A stretch of 64,000 bases of DNA from the human T2T-CHM13v2.0 reference genome, Homo sapiens. The notes under the pieces were generated by a model. That model did not search any database, had not been told where the DNA came from, and was given only the letters and a program-made list of their open reading frames with translations. Of the stretch, positions 33,282-48,880 are shown piece after piece. How positions within the stretch are numbered: position 1 is the first letter of the stretch; each line of letters begins with the position of its first letter. The stretch lies in the NCBI RefSeq assembly GCF_009914755.1, contig NC_060927.1, one strand, 5' to 3'. A program made the translations under genes and the position numbers.

Positions 33282-33573
33282 GGCTGGGTACCCTGGTTCA
33301 TGCCTATAATCTTCACACTTTGGGAGGCCAAGGCAGGTGGATCACTTGAGGCTAGGAGTTCAAGGCCTGGCCAATACAGTGAAACCCCATCTCTACCCAA
33401 ATATACAAAAATTAGCTGTGCATGGTGGTGTGCGCCTGTAATCCCAGCTACTCAGGAGGCTGAGGCAGGAGAATCACTTGAACCTGGGAGGCAGAAGTTG
33501 CAGTGAGCCGAAATCCGTGCCACCACACTTCAGACTGGGCAACAGAGCAAGACTCTGTCTCAAAAAAAAAAAA
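33282..33573 (+). mobile_element. AluS/J
   Basis: Dimeric Alu; TSD agctact. Confidence 0.92.
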
Positions 33574-36184
33574 AGCTACTATGTGAACCAATAATCCTTC
33601 TTCTGGGTATATACATAAAGGAAATGAAATCATCACCTCATAAAAATATCTGCACACCCATGTTCATTGCAGCATTGTTCACAATAGCCAAGATATAGAA
33701 ATGACCTAATGACCATATTACCCAAAGCAATCTACAGATTCAATGCAATCCCTATCAAGACACCAAAGACATTCTTCACAGAAACAGAAAAAAAATCCTA
33801 AAATTCATGGAACCTCAAAAGACCCCAAAAAGCCACAGCAATAAAACCAATACTGAGTGAAAAGAACAAAGCTGGAGGCACTGCACTACCTGACTTCAAA
33901 ATATACTATAAAACTGTGGTAACCAAAACGGCACAACAGTTGTATAAAAACAGACACATAGGCCAATCCAACAAACTAAAGAACTGAGAAATAAATCCAC
34001 ATACATACAGTCAACTGATTTTTGACAAAGGCACCAAGAACATACATTGGGGGAAAAACGACCTCTTCAACAAATGGTGCTGGAGAAACTGGATATTCAT
34101 ATGCTAAAGAATGAAACTAGATCCCTATTTCTCACCATATACAAAAATTAACTAAAACTGAATTAAATAATTAAATGTAAGACCCGAAACTATAAGAAGA
34201 AAACATAGGGGAAATACTTCATAGCATTGGTTTGCATAAAGATTTTACAGATAAGACTTCAAAAGCAGACAAAAAAAGCAAAAATAGTCAAATAGGATTA
34301 TATAAAACTAAAAAGTCTCTGCAGAGCAAAGGAAACAATCAGCAGAGTGAAAATACAACCTGCAGAAGAGAATAAAACACTGGCAAATTATTCACCTGAC
34401 AAGGAGATTAATATCCAGAATATACAAGAAACAGAAAACTCAACATTAAAAATAATATTAGCCTGATTTTAAAATGGGCAAATTATCTGAATAGACATTT
34501 TTCAGAAGAAGAAATACAAATGGCCAACCCATATATGAAAAAATGCTTCAACATCACTGTTCATCAGGGAAATGCAAATGAAAACCACATTCTCACCCCA
34601 CTTAGAATGGCTATTACCAAAAAGACAAAAATAACAAATGCTAGCAAGGATGCAGATAAAAGGAAACCCTTGTACACTATTGGTGGGAATGTAACTTAGT
34701 ATAGCCATTATGAAAAGCAGTACTCCACAAAAATCTAAAAATAGAACTACCACATGATCCAGCAATCTAATTACTGGGTATATATCCAAAGAAAAGGAAA
34801 CCAGTATATTGAAGAGATATCTGCATCCCTATGTTTACTGCAGTACTACCCAGAAAAGCTAAGATATACAATCAACCTAAATGTCCATCAATAAATGAAT
34901 AAAGAAAATGTGGTATGTGGTATGTCTACATAATGGGATACTATTCAAAAAGAATGCAATCCTGTCACTCACAACAACATGGATGAGCCTGGAGGACACT
35001 ATGTTAAATGCAGTAAGTTAGGCACACTAAGATAAACACCACATGTTGGCACTCATATGTGGAAGCTGAAAAGTGAAACTCATTAAAGTAAAAAGTAGAA
35101 AAGTGGTTACTAGAAGCTGAGAAAGAGTTGGAAGTGGGAATAGGGAGATGTTGGTTAACAGATGCAAAGTTACAGCTAGATAGATAGAATAGGTTCTAGT
35201 GTTCTGTAGCACCGTAGGGTAACTATAGTTAACAATAATTTATTTTATATCTTCAAGTAGATAGAAGAGAGAATTTTGAATGTTCGCATCACGAAGAAAT
35301 GATACATTTTCGTGGTGATGGATATGCTAATAACTCAAATTTGATACATGATGTGTAATGATCAAAGTAATTTGAAAATAAAAATCTTCAAAATTAAATT
35401 TAATTTAATAGGCTCAAATGAAAAATAAACTGTTATATATAACATTATATACATAACAAAATATCATTTAGCCTTAAAAAAGAAGGAGATCCCAGAATTT
35501 GCAACAACATTGATGAACCCGGAGGACATTATGCCAAGTGAAACAGGACAAACACAAAAAGCAAAATATTGCATGATCTCACTTATACGTGGAATCTTTT
35601 TTTGAAAGTTAAATACACAGAGATGGAGAATAAAACAGTGGTTTACCAAAGATGGGGGGTTAGGAGGAGATAGGAAATGGGGAGATGTAAGTTAAAGGAT
35701 ACAAAGTAGTAGATACGTAGGATGCCCAAGTCTAGAGATCTAATGTACAACATGAGGACTATAGTTAATAATATTGTATTATATTTAGGATTTTTGCTAA
35801 ATTAGTACATTTTAGCTGCTCTTGCCATACACAGAAAAAATGCATAACTATGTGAGATGATGGATATGTTAACTTGTATCACTATAGTAAGCATTTTATT
35901 ATCTGTATGTACCTCACACATCATGCTGTACACCTTAAATACACACAATAAAATGTTTAAAAATATGTAACCACATCAGAGAGTAATTTGATATAGTTGA
36001 AGATATATGAGACTCTGTACCCCAGAAATTCTGCTTCTTCATCTATCCTTAGAGAAACTGTCCCACATACATATTTAAGAATATTATTTGAAGCACTGTG
36101 TTATAATAGGAAAAAATTGAAACATAAATGCCCATTAACAAGAGAATGGATACAACAATGAAAATTAATAAACTAGATGTATTA

Positions 36185-36492
<308 letters not shown>

Positions 36493-37389
36493 TAGATTCC
36501 CAAAATGAAACATCCAGCGAGAAAATCAAGTTAGTGGATGAGATGCCATATAGTATAATAACATTTATAAAACTTTGAAAAGACACAACAATTCTAAATA
36601 TTTTTCATAGATCTAGACATGGAGCATAAGCATTAAAATATGCATAGAATGAATCAACATTCATTCAATCATTCAAATCAACATCAAAATAGTGGTTGCC
36701 TCTGCAATGAGGGAGGTAAATAGAACTAGTGTAGAGAATTAAGGGGACTATGTGTTTATTATATTTTTTCTTTTTTAAAATGGTCTGAAGCAAATACTAC
36801 AAAATAATACAATTTGGGAATTCTAGATAGCCATTCTACAGATGTTTATAATACTTCTCTATTTATTTATGTTTAAAATATTTTAGTAAAAAAACAAACA
36901 TTTACCATAGTTTCTAAGGGGTTAAAAATAGAGCCTAGTAAGGAAGGCTGCAATTAAGGACAAAGAGGCTTGAGGACATAAATGAACCCAGACAGCGCTG
37001 TGCTCCAGAGACTGTGAATTATTGTCAAAGCCTGGCTATGCATCATTTAGAGAGGAAAGTGGTTCCCCTTCAAGGCCAGCTGTGGTTATTTACCAGTAAG
37101 AGTGATAGTTTACACCTGTCAGACAATGTTTATTTCTCTAGAAGTTAGGTAGAGTTTCTGTAATTCACATTCTAATACTGCTTGTCTTTGGTAAATCCTG
37201 CCACTCACACAGTCATGAGACTAAAAATAATGAAGCATAATTCAGTTTCTAGTAAAATAGGGCATGTACAGACTATAAAACAAAATTGCTAGATGAGCCA
37301 AAGCAAATCCTTTTGGTGCAAAATTCTTATTTCCTTTGTGGTCTTTTCTCACAGCCAGATTCTTGTTAGAAAGAATTCTAAAATACATC

Positions 37390-38350
37390 TTTTGTAGACT
37401 TGGGAGCCAACTCAGAGTTGGCCCCAAAATGAGATAATTTTAGCACGAATAAGGGTAGTATCTGTCAGATTTCTAAACACATGAAATATGTATAAATCAA
37501 TGAGTCAATTCTCTCTCTCTCGCTCTCACACACACACGTGCGTGCATGCGCTAATTGATCACCTTGGAGATGCTAGCAAACCAATTACTTATTTTGGAAA
37601 TTAGTAAATAAAAGGAAAGAACTATTTATCCTTCCTTTCCTATATGAACTCTATCACTACATAATCAAATGGTAGATAAGGCAAACTTTCTCATTAAAAT
37701 TTTCAGCAAATAAATGAAGAAGGAATGTGACAATAGGAATACTGCCGTTTTGCAATTTGTAAATAATTAAATCATTTGGGCAATATGCAACCAAAGCTGC
37801 TCAAGGCACAGAAAGAGAGACAACCAAACATTGTGTGTCTCCTGATGAAGTATATACATCATCGCCTGTGAAATAGTCTTGCTAAAACAACCAAACTTGA
37901 ATCTGACTAGTTTTCAAGATCCAAATATCAATTCATAGGAATACAGAGGGCAGAGGAACCTGTGAAAAGGGGATATAATCAGTAAACCCAGACTGTTGGA
38001 AAACATGGGAGAAATAATCATGTTTCTACAACAAATAATTGCAAGGCAAGAGAGGGAAGAAGAAGAAACCTATAAATTAAAAGACTCAAAAGGCAAACTT
38101 TAAAAAAAACAAGCAAAACGAAATGGCAGTTTAGTAATGCACACTTGGGTTGTGAAACTACAGAAAAATAAGAAAGTGAATATCATAAAGTCAACACAGT
38201 GCTTACTGTTGGGGGAAGGATGAGTTGAAACTGGGACTGAAAACGTGTAAGATTTGTGGAGTATCTGGAGAGTCTCTGGCTTCTGACACGAATGGTGGTT
38301 GTAAGGATGTTTGCCTTATACTAATTTATTAAGCTGTATGGACCATTAAT
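37390..38350 (+). mobile_element. L1MC-like 3'UTR fragment
   Basis: caccttggagatgctagc...aaacttgaatctga motifs; (TC)(CA) repeat. Confidence 0.6.
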
Positions 38351-38426
38351 TAAAAACAGAAAGCCTATTGAATATAAGTGTTGAAATCTAATAAGCTGAT
38401 AAAAATAAAAAATAATATCACTATTG

Positions 38427-38715
38427 GCTGGGCATGGTGGCTCCCGCCAGTAATCCCAGCACTTTGGGAGGCCGAGGCAGGCAGATCACGAGGTCAGGAG
38501 TTCAAGACCAGCCTGACCAACATGGTGAAACCCCATCTCTACTAAAAATACAAAAATTAGCCAGGCATGGTGGTGCCTGTAATCCCAACTACTCAGGAGG
38601 CTGAGGCAGGAGAATTGCTTGAACCCAGGAGGCAGAGGTTACAGTGAGCCGAGATTACTGTACTACAGCCTGGGTGACAGAGTGAGACTCTGTCTCAAAT
38701 AATAATAATAATAAT
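38427..38715 (+). mobile_element. AluS with (AAT)n tail
   Basis: TSD aataatatcactatt. Confidence 0.95.
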
Positions 38716-39489
38716 ATCACTATTAATTTGCCTCAAATAGAACCTCAATAGATCTGTAAATTGCATGATTCTTATCAAAAGCTTTGAGAGTGCATCAAAT
38801 AGTTACAAAAACAGTGTTAAAAAGACGGACAGCATAGTGACAATTACATTCCATTTGGCTCTTAATTTTCAGGAATGAACATAATGCATTCCTGCCATGT
38901 GTTATTTTCCAAGAGAATTCTGAAACCTTATCTCCCATCATGCCATTAAGAAGCAAAACATAAAAAAGATAAACACAAACCTGTTGATATCTTAAAGTAA
39001 AACAGGAATTTCAAATATCAGGCCATGAAAACAACTTGAATACTTCTTGATCCCACAGAATAAAATTAAATTTCACTTCCATATTTCAGTATATACTAGG
39101 TTCCAAAGCCAAACACAGTATATGTCATATTTTAATTTGTTAGCTGACAAATCACACTTTTTATAGAGTTTAAATTGAACAGCATGCATGCATTCTTAAT
39201 AGGGGAATAGGCAAGACTTGTCTTCATATATTACTGATATTAAATAGTGTACCTAAAATAAACTTTTTAATAGTTATGTATTTTACTTCAGTTCATTCAG
39301 TTGTCATGCACATAAAAATGATTAAATGATCAAAAAATTATTTGCAATGTTATATATTTCTGTGAAAGTGGTTCCAGAAATTGTTTTAAGGGCCTGATGA
39401 GAGGAGATCTGGCAAATGCTGGTCTACTTAGCTTGTCTAGATGTTCCTTCACAATCTGACTCCACCCATCCTCTAGCTCCTTCCTACTT

Positions 39490-40700
39490 TATATAAGCGC
39501 ATGAAAACATGCTCATCATTATTAGCATTCAGGTAAATGCTAATTAAAGCTGTAATGGATATCACTGCACATCCACTGGAATAACAAAAATAAGAAAGTC
39601 TGACAAGTGTCGATGGAAATGTGTAATAACTGAAAGTTTCATACACAGCTGGTGAGAATGTAAAATGGTACAACACTTTGAGAAACAGGTCAACAGTTTT
39701 CTTATAAAGTTAAACATATATTTACCATACAAAATCATATATGTGTATGTTATACGTATGTAGGTACATATACATATATAGCTGGTATATATGTATGCAT
39801 ACATGTGTGTAAGAGAGAAATAAAAATATATGTCTGCACAATCGAAAAGAAATTGTATATGTAGAGAGTAGAAGGGTGGTTACCAAGGGTAGGGAGAGGG
39901 AGGGAATTGAGAAGTGTAGGCCAAAGGATACAAACTTGCAGTTATGTGGAATGAATAAGTCTAGGTATCTAATGTACAGCATGAGGACTATAGTTAGCAA
40001 CACTGTGTTGTATACTGAAAATTTGCTAAGAGTGGATTTTAAGTGCTCTTTTCACATAAACTATGTAAGGTATGGATATGTTAATTTGTTTAACCATAGT
40101 AATTTCACTATTTATATGTATATCAGAATATGTTAGACAACTTAAATATATGCAATAAAAATTAATCGATTAATATTTTAAAAAGAAAAATATATGTCCA
40201 CACAAATATTGTACAAAAATGTTCATATTAGCTTTTTATAGTAGCAAAACATGGAAACAGCTTAAGTCTCCAACAGTAGGTAAATGGATCAAGTAATTGA
40301 GATCTATTTGTACAACAGACTATAACTCAGCAAGCAAAGGGAATAAAATACTGATAGAACAGCATAGGTAAATTGTAAGAATATTATGCTGAGCCAAATA
40401 CATTGGACACCAAACAGTACATATCATACGATTCCATTTATATGAAACTCTAGAACAGGCAAAACTAATCTACAGTGACAGAAAGCAGATCAGGAGTTGT
40501 CTGGGGGCAGAAGTGGTGATATAATGGAATTACCTACAAGGGCATGATAAAATTTTGTGGGGAATAGAAATATTCTGTACCTTGATTATGGTGGTGGTTA
40601 CAAGGGTGTATACATTTGACAAAACCCTTCAAACTTACATTTACTATGGGTAGCATTATATGTGAACTATAGCTTAATAAAGTGGATATTTTTTAAAGTG
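39490..40700 (+). mobile_element. L1ME/MC 3' end with a nested L1MB-like 3' end (~39845-40180)
   Basis: L1 3' motifs; degraded TSD aaaaatatatgtc. Confidence 0.8.
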
Positions 40701-40734
40701 CTAGAAGAAACTATGCCTTAAATGTGCCAAAAGT

Positions 40735-40912
40735 GCGCCTGGTGGGGCACACCTGTAGCCCCAGCTACCTGGGAGGCTGGAGCAGGAGGATCATTTGTGT
40801 CCAGGAGTTGAAAGCTGTCGTGTGCCATAATTATGCCTCAAAATAGCCACGGCACTCCAGCCTGGGCAACATAGCAAGATCCCATCTCTAAAAGTGAAAA
40901 TAAAATAAAAAG
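40735..40912 (+). mobile_element. Alu monomer (FLAM/FRAM/FAM-like)
   Basis: Single Alu arm with an A-rich tail. Confidence 0.8.
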
Positions 40913-41018
40913 TACTAAAAAGATTCAGAATGGGGGAAAATTTAGCATGCTGTGATCCCCAGAGAGGGTTTCCTAGAAAAGAATCTTAAAGAGATGTTTT
41001 AAAGAGACAAGAAGCCAG

Positions 41019-41457
<439 letters not shown>

Positions 41458-42747
41458 TTATTATTTTCTCAACATTGTTTAGCAGCAATAAAGCAATTTT
41501 TTAAATGCACCAATAATTAAATATTGCAGCTTTTAAATAATGTTCTTTATGCTTTTGTTTAATGGATTTTCTGGAGGTTGAATTGTTGTGTCTAGTCCTT
41601 GACCTACACAGTTTAATTATCCTTATCGACTGACTCATGAAATTCTATCTTGCGCAGTGGTGTGCTATAAATGAAGCTTTGTTCCTTTTGTGAAATTGAG
41701 AGTTCTCTGCCTTTCCTCCTGGCTCGTGATCAAGAATTAGGCTATATCTTATCCCACTGCCTGAAACAGAAACCTAGCAAGTTAGATGACTATGAAAAAG
41801 ACATCCTGATATTTTATCAGAAGTCCAGACAATGATCTATCATATGAGATTCTTCTATATTATACAATGAGACCAGATTTCAGAATCAGGGTTAGGCATA
41901 CCAGCAAAAAGAGGGGTGGCTGAGGTGGGGTAATTTCTGAACATTTCAAAGACCGGGCTGTCTCTTAAAATGTATCCCTCTTGCTGACTGGTGGCCAAGC
42001 AGCTATAAGAAAGTGCCATTCCTGTAGTTTGAGGCCTTTTTAAAATAGATGAACTCTGAGGCTCTTTTGCACCCTCAACTTTTAAAATTCCAAAACAGTG
42101 CTTGAAATTTTGAGGTTCCTGAGCTAAAATAGGCCTGTGTCTGTGTTTTTTCTCAGACTGCCCAGTTTTAAATTTGTGTGTATGTGTGTATTCAGAAAAA
42201 GAATAATAAACAAAATTTTAAAGGTTTTTTTTTTTCACTCTAGCTCACCCATCCAGGTTATCACTTCTTTTCACTGTCTGAGCTGCTTTTAAAAATAGTT
42301 CTGCTAGTTATACAAAACAAATAATATAAGTGATTCTTGTCGAGAGACATACAAATTCATTGTGTTTAGTGAAATGCAATTGATTATTACATATAGATGA
42401 TTGATAGATGATATAGATAGGTAGATCTGTTTAAATCTTTTTTGCACCTGTTTAGAAATTTATTTCATAATTTTTTATTCCCTTGTGTAAGTTTCTGCTC
42501 TTTAAATGTCTTTTGAACTGGTCGTAGCATCTTACTGGTTCCCACTGTAGCATCGTAACTGGTTCATACTGATTAATGAGTTAATCAAAATATTTGACAC
42601 ATGTACATTTTATAGTTGGTTTTACCTTTTAAAAAATCTTTTAAGTATGCATTATTTTAGATCTCAAAAGGAGAGAGTTGAATGAATCATTAACTATTTA
42701 TAATTTAGGATGCATTGCCACCTTTGATTCTGAAAAAGTCCTTTCTC

Positions 42748-42935
42748 TTTTTTTTTGAAGTGGAATCTTGCTCTGTCACCCAGGCTGGAGTGCAGTCGTG
42801 TGGTCTTGGCTCACTGCAACCTCCGCCTCCCAGGTTCAAAGCGATTCTCCTGCCTCAGCCTGCTGAGTAGCTGGATTACAGGCATGTGCCACCACACCCA
42901 GCTAATTTTTGTATTTTTAGTAGAGATGGGGTTCC
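42748..42935 (-). mobile_element. Truncated AluS (right arm plus linker)
   Basis: Alu right arm sequence. Confidence 0.9.
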
Positions 42936-43094
42936 ATTTCTTATATGTTTGTTTTCATAATATTTTTTTTCCCATAGCTCACTTCTATTTTCTCTTCACC
43001 CCCAACATGGACAGCTGTTTTAATGAGTGTAATGGAAATCTTGTTATTTGAGTATGTTCTTGCAGCTTGGTGGTATTTTGTGTGTATATATGTT

Positions 43095-44170
43095 TTTAAT
43101 TGAGGTGAGACATATATGAAAGTGCATAAAGTATACTAATCTTAGGTATAGGGCTCAATGATTTCTCAATCACCATATGTATATCCATGTAATCACCACT
43201 CAGTTATAGAATATTTTCAACACTGTAAAGTTCCCTTGTGCCACTTCCCAAGTAATACCACACCTACCACCTGCCCTACCTCCTCAGAGGTAACCACTAT
43301 TCTGACTTCTATCTCTATAGATTAGTTTTGCCTGTTCTTGACACTTTATATATGTTCTTGAACATATCACACTGTTTTCTCTTCTGCATCTGGCTTCTTT
43401 CACTCATCATCATCCCTATAAGAGTCATCCATGTTACTGTGTATAGGAATAGTTTGTTAATTTTTTGTTGTTGAGTAGTATGTAGTATTCAATTTTATAA
43501 ATATGCCAGAATGTATTCATTCTCTTATTGAAGATGAGAACCCAAACCATCTACATTTATACAGTTGACTACCTACCTTAGCATGACTCTACTATTTCAC
43601 TGGCATCATCAGGATCATTTTACTATTTTAAGAAACTCTTGTCTAGGAAGATAAAAGTCACAAACCACTTTATTATTCATTCCAGGAAATTCTTGAAACT
43701 CTTCAATAGAAATCAACAAACAATAATTTACACCTTTAGTTGCTTTAAACCCTTTACCTTGCCTTGCTGTGTCCATCAATCCTAATTATCATATTCTTTT
43801 CTGCTCCTAACCAAGACCTACTCTCTTACACTGAAAGACCCACCTTAAAGCACTTCAAGCTATCAATAAATATCCTGACTTGGTCCTTACCACTCTGAGA
43901 CACTGCAGAGACTCTGTCACACTACAGAGACTCTGTCACACTACAGAGACTCTGTCAGGATAGTTCTCGATTCAGCTTTGTCTTTATCAACAGGTAGTTT
44001 GAGTGATAATTTAGGGAGCCAACATTAAATAAGGGACAGTTGGCTTGTTTCTCATTTTTTGGCTTTTATAAATAAAGCTGCTATGGGGATTCTTACACAT
44101 GTTTTTATGGACATAACCCCTTTCTCTTGGGTAGATATTTAGGAGTGGGATTGCTCACTTGTATTCTAAG
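43095..44170 (-). mobile_element. L1M 3' end split by an LTR
   Basis: aggtaaccactattctgacttct...ctggcttctttcactca; resumes ataaagctgctatg. Confidence 0.75.
43535..44024 (+). mobile_element. ERV1-type solo LTR (LTR37-like)
   Basis: TG...CA ends, aataaa signal, 3' tcagctttgtctttatcaacagg...gggagccaaca. Confidence 0.55.
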
Positions 44171-44199
44171 TTATCTATTTAACTCACTGGAAAATTGGA

Positions 44200-44400
44200 A
44201 GATATCCCCTAAAATCAAGCTTTCTGGCTTTTTTGAAAACCTGGAAAATACTTGGCAATACTGGGCCAGCATTCCTCATTGTCACAGTCAGCTAGAGCTG
44301 AGTAGCAGCTCATCACTAGACAATGATGAGCTCTCCTCTCTGGCTCATCCACCCAATTTCCCCATGTAAGTCATCTGTCTGTCTGCTTCAGTAGGAATGT
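44200..44400. mobile_element. MER102-like hAT fragment
   Basis: tggcaatactgggccagcattcc...gctagagctgagtagcagct. Confidence 0.55.
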
Positions 44401-46223
44401 TATTAATAGCTGGTAACCTCTGTTCTAACCATAGGCTTGGAAAGGGTAACTCTTTAAGCTTTTATTAATTCTACTCCAGTATAGATAAGCAAGAGTGGTT
44501 TTTATTGAAAAGGAATAGGACCATCAGGGGCTGAGAAATGAGGCCCCTCTGCCACTGATGGGGGAAAGCAGCAAGAATAGAGAGCAAAGATGACTTTGGA
44601 AATCTTGATCTATTTTGCGATTTAATCCAGAGCCAATGCTCTCTAGAAGGAGACTGGCAGTGGAGAAATGAGAGGAATCAAAACCAAAAAAGACCTAAAT
44701 CAGTCTCCCTTACTTATTATCATCATAAGTAACATTTATGAAACATTTTTTGCACTTAGGGTATTGCAGATGTAAAGAAAAGTTAAAATAGCTCCCTACT
44801 GTTGAACTGAAAGAATTTAACCCAAACCAGAGTCCTTTATGCTATAAAAAAAGAAATAGGTCATTAAAGACTAATACAGCTTCTTTTTATTTTGGTAGGT
44901 ATGTGAAGAGAGCAGAACAGAAATCAAGCGTATTTCCACATAATCAATGGGGGCTCATCGACTCCAAGGGCCTGGGATAAGACTCTATGCTAATTGAATA
45001 AATTTTTTCTTCCTCAGAATGGGTTTTTTTTTCCCTCCCAGCCTATTAAGATAATGCTTGGGAGGCATGTCTGTGCTTGGTATAATAAGCCTATTAAAAG
45101 GAAGTGGTCTGTCTATACCTGATACAGAGTTGCAAAAAAGATGTCATTCCTTCCCATAACCCTGCATCCAGGGGAAGGAGAAATCAACTCTTGGCCTTCT
45201 TTATAAACTTATGCTAAAATTGCTTAACCCTCCCATAAATAAAATTTGTGTCTACCTGCTTGGCCTGGTATGATGGTCTTAGGGCAATTGAGTGGTCAGT
45301 GAGGGAAAAAAAGTGAGGCTTGAACCATCTCGTTCTCATATTGGCTCAGCCTATTCTGTGTACTAAACCACAGAAACACCCGCAGGAGAAGGAGGGTGGC
45401 TAGGGGAGAGATGGAAACATAAAGACCCAGGATGCTGGGGCACAGCTCTGGTAGTATAGAATCTTCTGTTTGTCGTGGTAGCTAAGAAGATACTGTCTTC
45501 TGATAGGTGAAGGGAGGGAGACCATATATCTGAATTGCACTTACACTGTTTAAGAGCCAAATAAATCATATCCAACATCATTTGTCAAAGAGTTTGACGT
45601 GAATTGAATGACTCCATCAGATGTCAACCATGAAGAAAGATAAATGAGAGGGCTTTTCACACCAGGCTAATTGTTAGCTGCCCAGAACAACCTTGCGGTT
45701 TGCAGCTGCGGTTTGCAACCTTGCAGTACTTGACCTCCAGACTGTCAAAGTGCATGATCCTCAATCATTCAGGCCAGAGCCTGCTGCTGTTAACCCTCTC
45801 CAGGCCAGGCCAGGCTATGAAACATCTGAGCCTCTGTCTCCAATTTCTACTCTGCCTTTCTTTCTCTGATCCTCTGCAATGTCTTTCCAGGTTCTCTCTA
45901 CTCCTACCCAGTATCCAGCTTCAGCCTGTCAGTCAGCCTGAATCCTCATATTTCAACCCACAAATTTGTCCTTGAGTTAGTCACCAGTCTCCTTTGTTCA
46001 AGTTCTAACAATGCTCAACAGTCAGCCTGAACTCCCTGGGTCTCCTCTCGAGAATTGTTTCAACAAGCAACCAGGCCAAGTTTCTTGCTTCCCATGTAGA
46101 TGTTGGAAAATATTACAATGAAAAGCATCCCAAGATATTCCTCCAACCTAAGTCAGAAGCCCTTAGCCCTTTATGTAATTTTTGTTGTTTAAAAACTTTA
46201 TCAACTGCTTTCTTTATGCCAAG

Positions 46224-46595
46224 TGTATTAGTCCGTTCTCACATTACCATAAAGAACTACCTGAGATGGGGTAATTTATAAAGAAAAGGAGTTTAATTGG
46301 CTCATGGTTCTGCAGGCTGTACAGGAAGCATGGCTAGGGAGGCCTCAGGAAACTTAAATCATGGCAGAGGCAAAGGGAAAGGAGGCACATCTTACATGGC
46401 CAGAGCAGGAGGAAACGGGGGAAAGTGCCACACACTTTTAAACAACCAGATCTCGTGAGAACTCACTATCATGAAAACAGCAAGGGAGAAATCTGCTCCC
46501 CTGATTTAATCACCTCTCACCAGGCCCCTCCTCCAACACTGGGGATTACAATTTGACATGAGATTTGGATGAGGACACAAATCCAAACCATATCA
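46224..46595. mobile_element. MSTA/MSTB MaLR solo LTR
   Basis: tgtattagtccgttctcac...ccaaaccatatca with a perfect 5-bp TSD ccaag. Confidence 0.92.
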
Positions 46596-47629
46596 CCAAG
46601 CATGGTACTAAATGTTAGTTTAGGCATTAACTCATTTCATTGACATTTCCATGTTTCTAAAATGATGTATCCTCAGCAAACTGATGCTTGGGACAGTTCA
46701 AAAAGTTATGGTATGGGATCACTTATGTTTTTAAAGTGTGAAGTATAAGCCAATTTCCTTAGCTACCTCAGTCATCAGCTCCAGTGAACTAAAATCAAGT
46801 GAGGCCTTTACCAATGAGTTTGTGGGAAACGTTGAGGATATAAAACACATTTAGGAGATATTAGAAGCATCATACAGAGAATTAAGTTTAATGCCCTCCA
46901 TTTTCTGTGCAATAACCTGTAGCTGCCGCCCCTCAAAGCTCATCAGTTTTGGCTGGACAAGATATTTCTTTTTGAGATCATAACCACACTTAAACATTTA
47001 TATTGAGCCCTACAATTTAATAAATTTATCTAACTCAGTCTCTCTGAGGAGTCAGCCTCGTCATAACCCACGTGTAGAAGGACTGAATGAAGCTGAGCCC
47101 TAGACTAAGCAACCCCATGGGAGTCAGGAGACATAGGTGCTACACAGTCTCTCCCACCACTAGCGCTGTGACCTTATGAGAGTCACAACATCTGGGAACC
47201 TCCTTTCATAATCTGTAAAGTTAAGGGAGAGGTTCAAATAATCTAAGTCTCTTCAGTCTAACATTCTATCATCGTGTTAATCTCCTATCACACGAGTTAT
47301 GCAGTCACCACATGAAAATGCATATAGGAGCCAGGCCAAATAATGAAATGGCTAAATGTTGGGGTGAAAACAAAACTGGGCTTGGGGAGGGAGGAATTTA
47401 ACACAAACTCCCCTAATCCCCAATATATTCTCCAATCTCAGGTATGGACAATTGATGTTTTCTCATCTTGTATAAAGTGCTAAGTAAGCACAGCCTCATG
47501 ATAGCCTTCCACTTCCAGCCACAGTGTCATGCCAATCCCTCCATTATAGAAACCCTGGCGCTGCAGCTGGCCAGGAGTGGGAACTGGAAGTGGTAGGACT
47601 GTGGCACATTAAATAGCATGTACCCCATT

Positions 47630-48285
<656 letters not shown>

Positions 48286-48719
48286 CTACCTAAATGCATT
48301 CACATGCATCTTTTTAAAAAGATTACTATTCTGTCACATGAGGTGTATCAAAAAGTCAAATTTAGCCAGTAAACTGCCAGTTTAAAATGTCTGATTTAAT
48401 CTAAGAAAAACTTTTATTCCCAGTCCAGTAAAGAAAGCAAGAAACTTGACAAAGGTACTGAAAAATTTGACAAAGATGTTGAGAGTCTCCAGAGACCTGT
48501 ATATCTAATGCCTACGGCTATTACAAGCTCTTAAGCTTCCTAATGCATTTGGTTCTTTCTGCTCTATATATCAACATCTGCTATAAACATTGAAGAACAG
48601 AAACAGAGTGCTGTAATTCTTGGGCTGGTTTATGATGCAGAGTAGAAATCACTTATTCTTCTATATTTTAAAGGCCCTGTAGTATTCTTCGTATTAATAA
48701 TGCCTAACATTTGTTTAAT

Positions 48720-48880
48720 GTAATATACTATTCAAGTACTTTCTAATACATGACCCTGTGCAATCCTTACAATGTTTCTGTGAAGTAATATTATTGTCCC
48801 TATTTCACAGATGAGGAAACTAAGGCTGTGAAAACTGCAAATCAGAAACATGAGTCTAAAGCGTGGATGTTTTTCCAGCA
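48720..48880 (-). mobile_element. MIR
   Basis: ccctatttcacagatgaggaaactaaggct. Confidence 0.8.

Noticed and set aside
43900-43956. CRISPR-like short repeats
   Set aside because: Directly tandem with no spacers, in a mammalian LTR context
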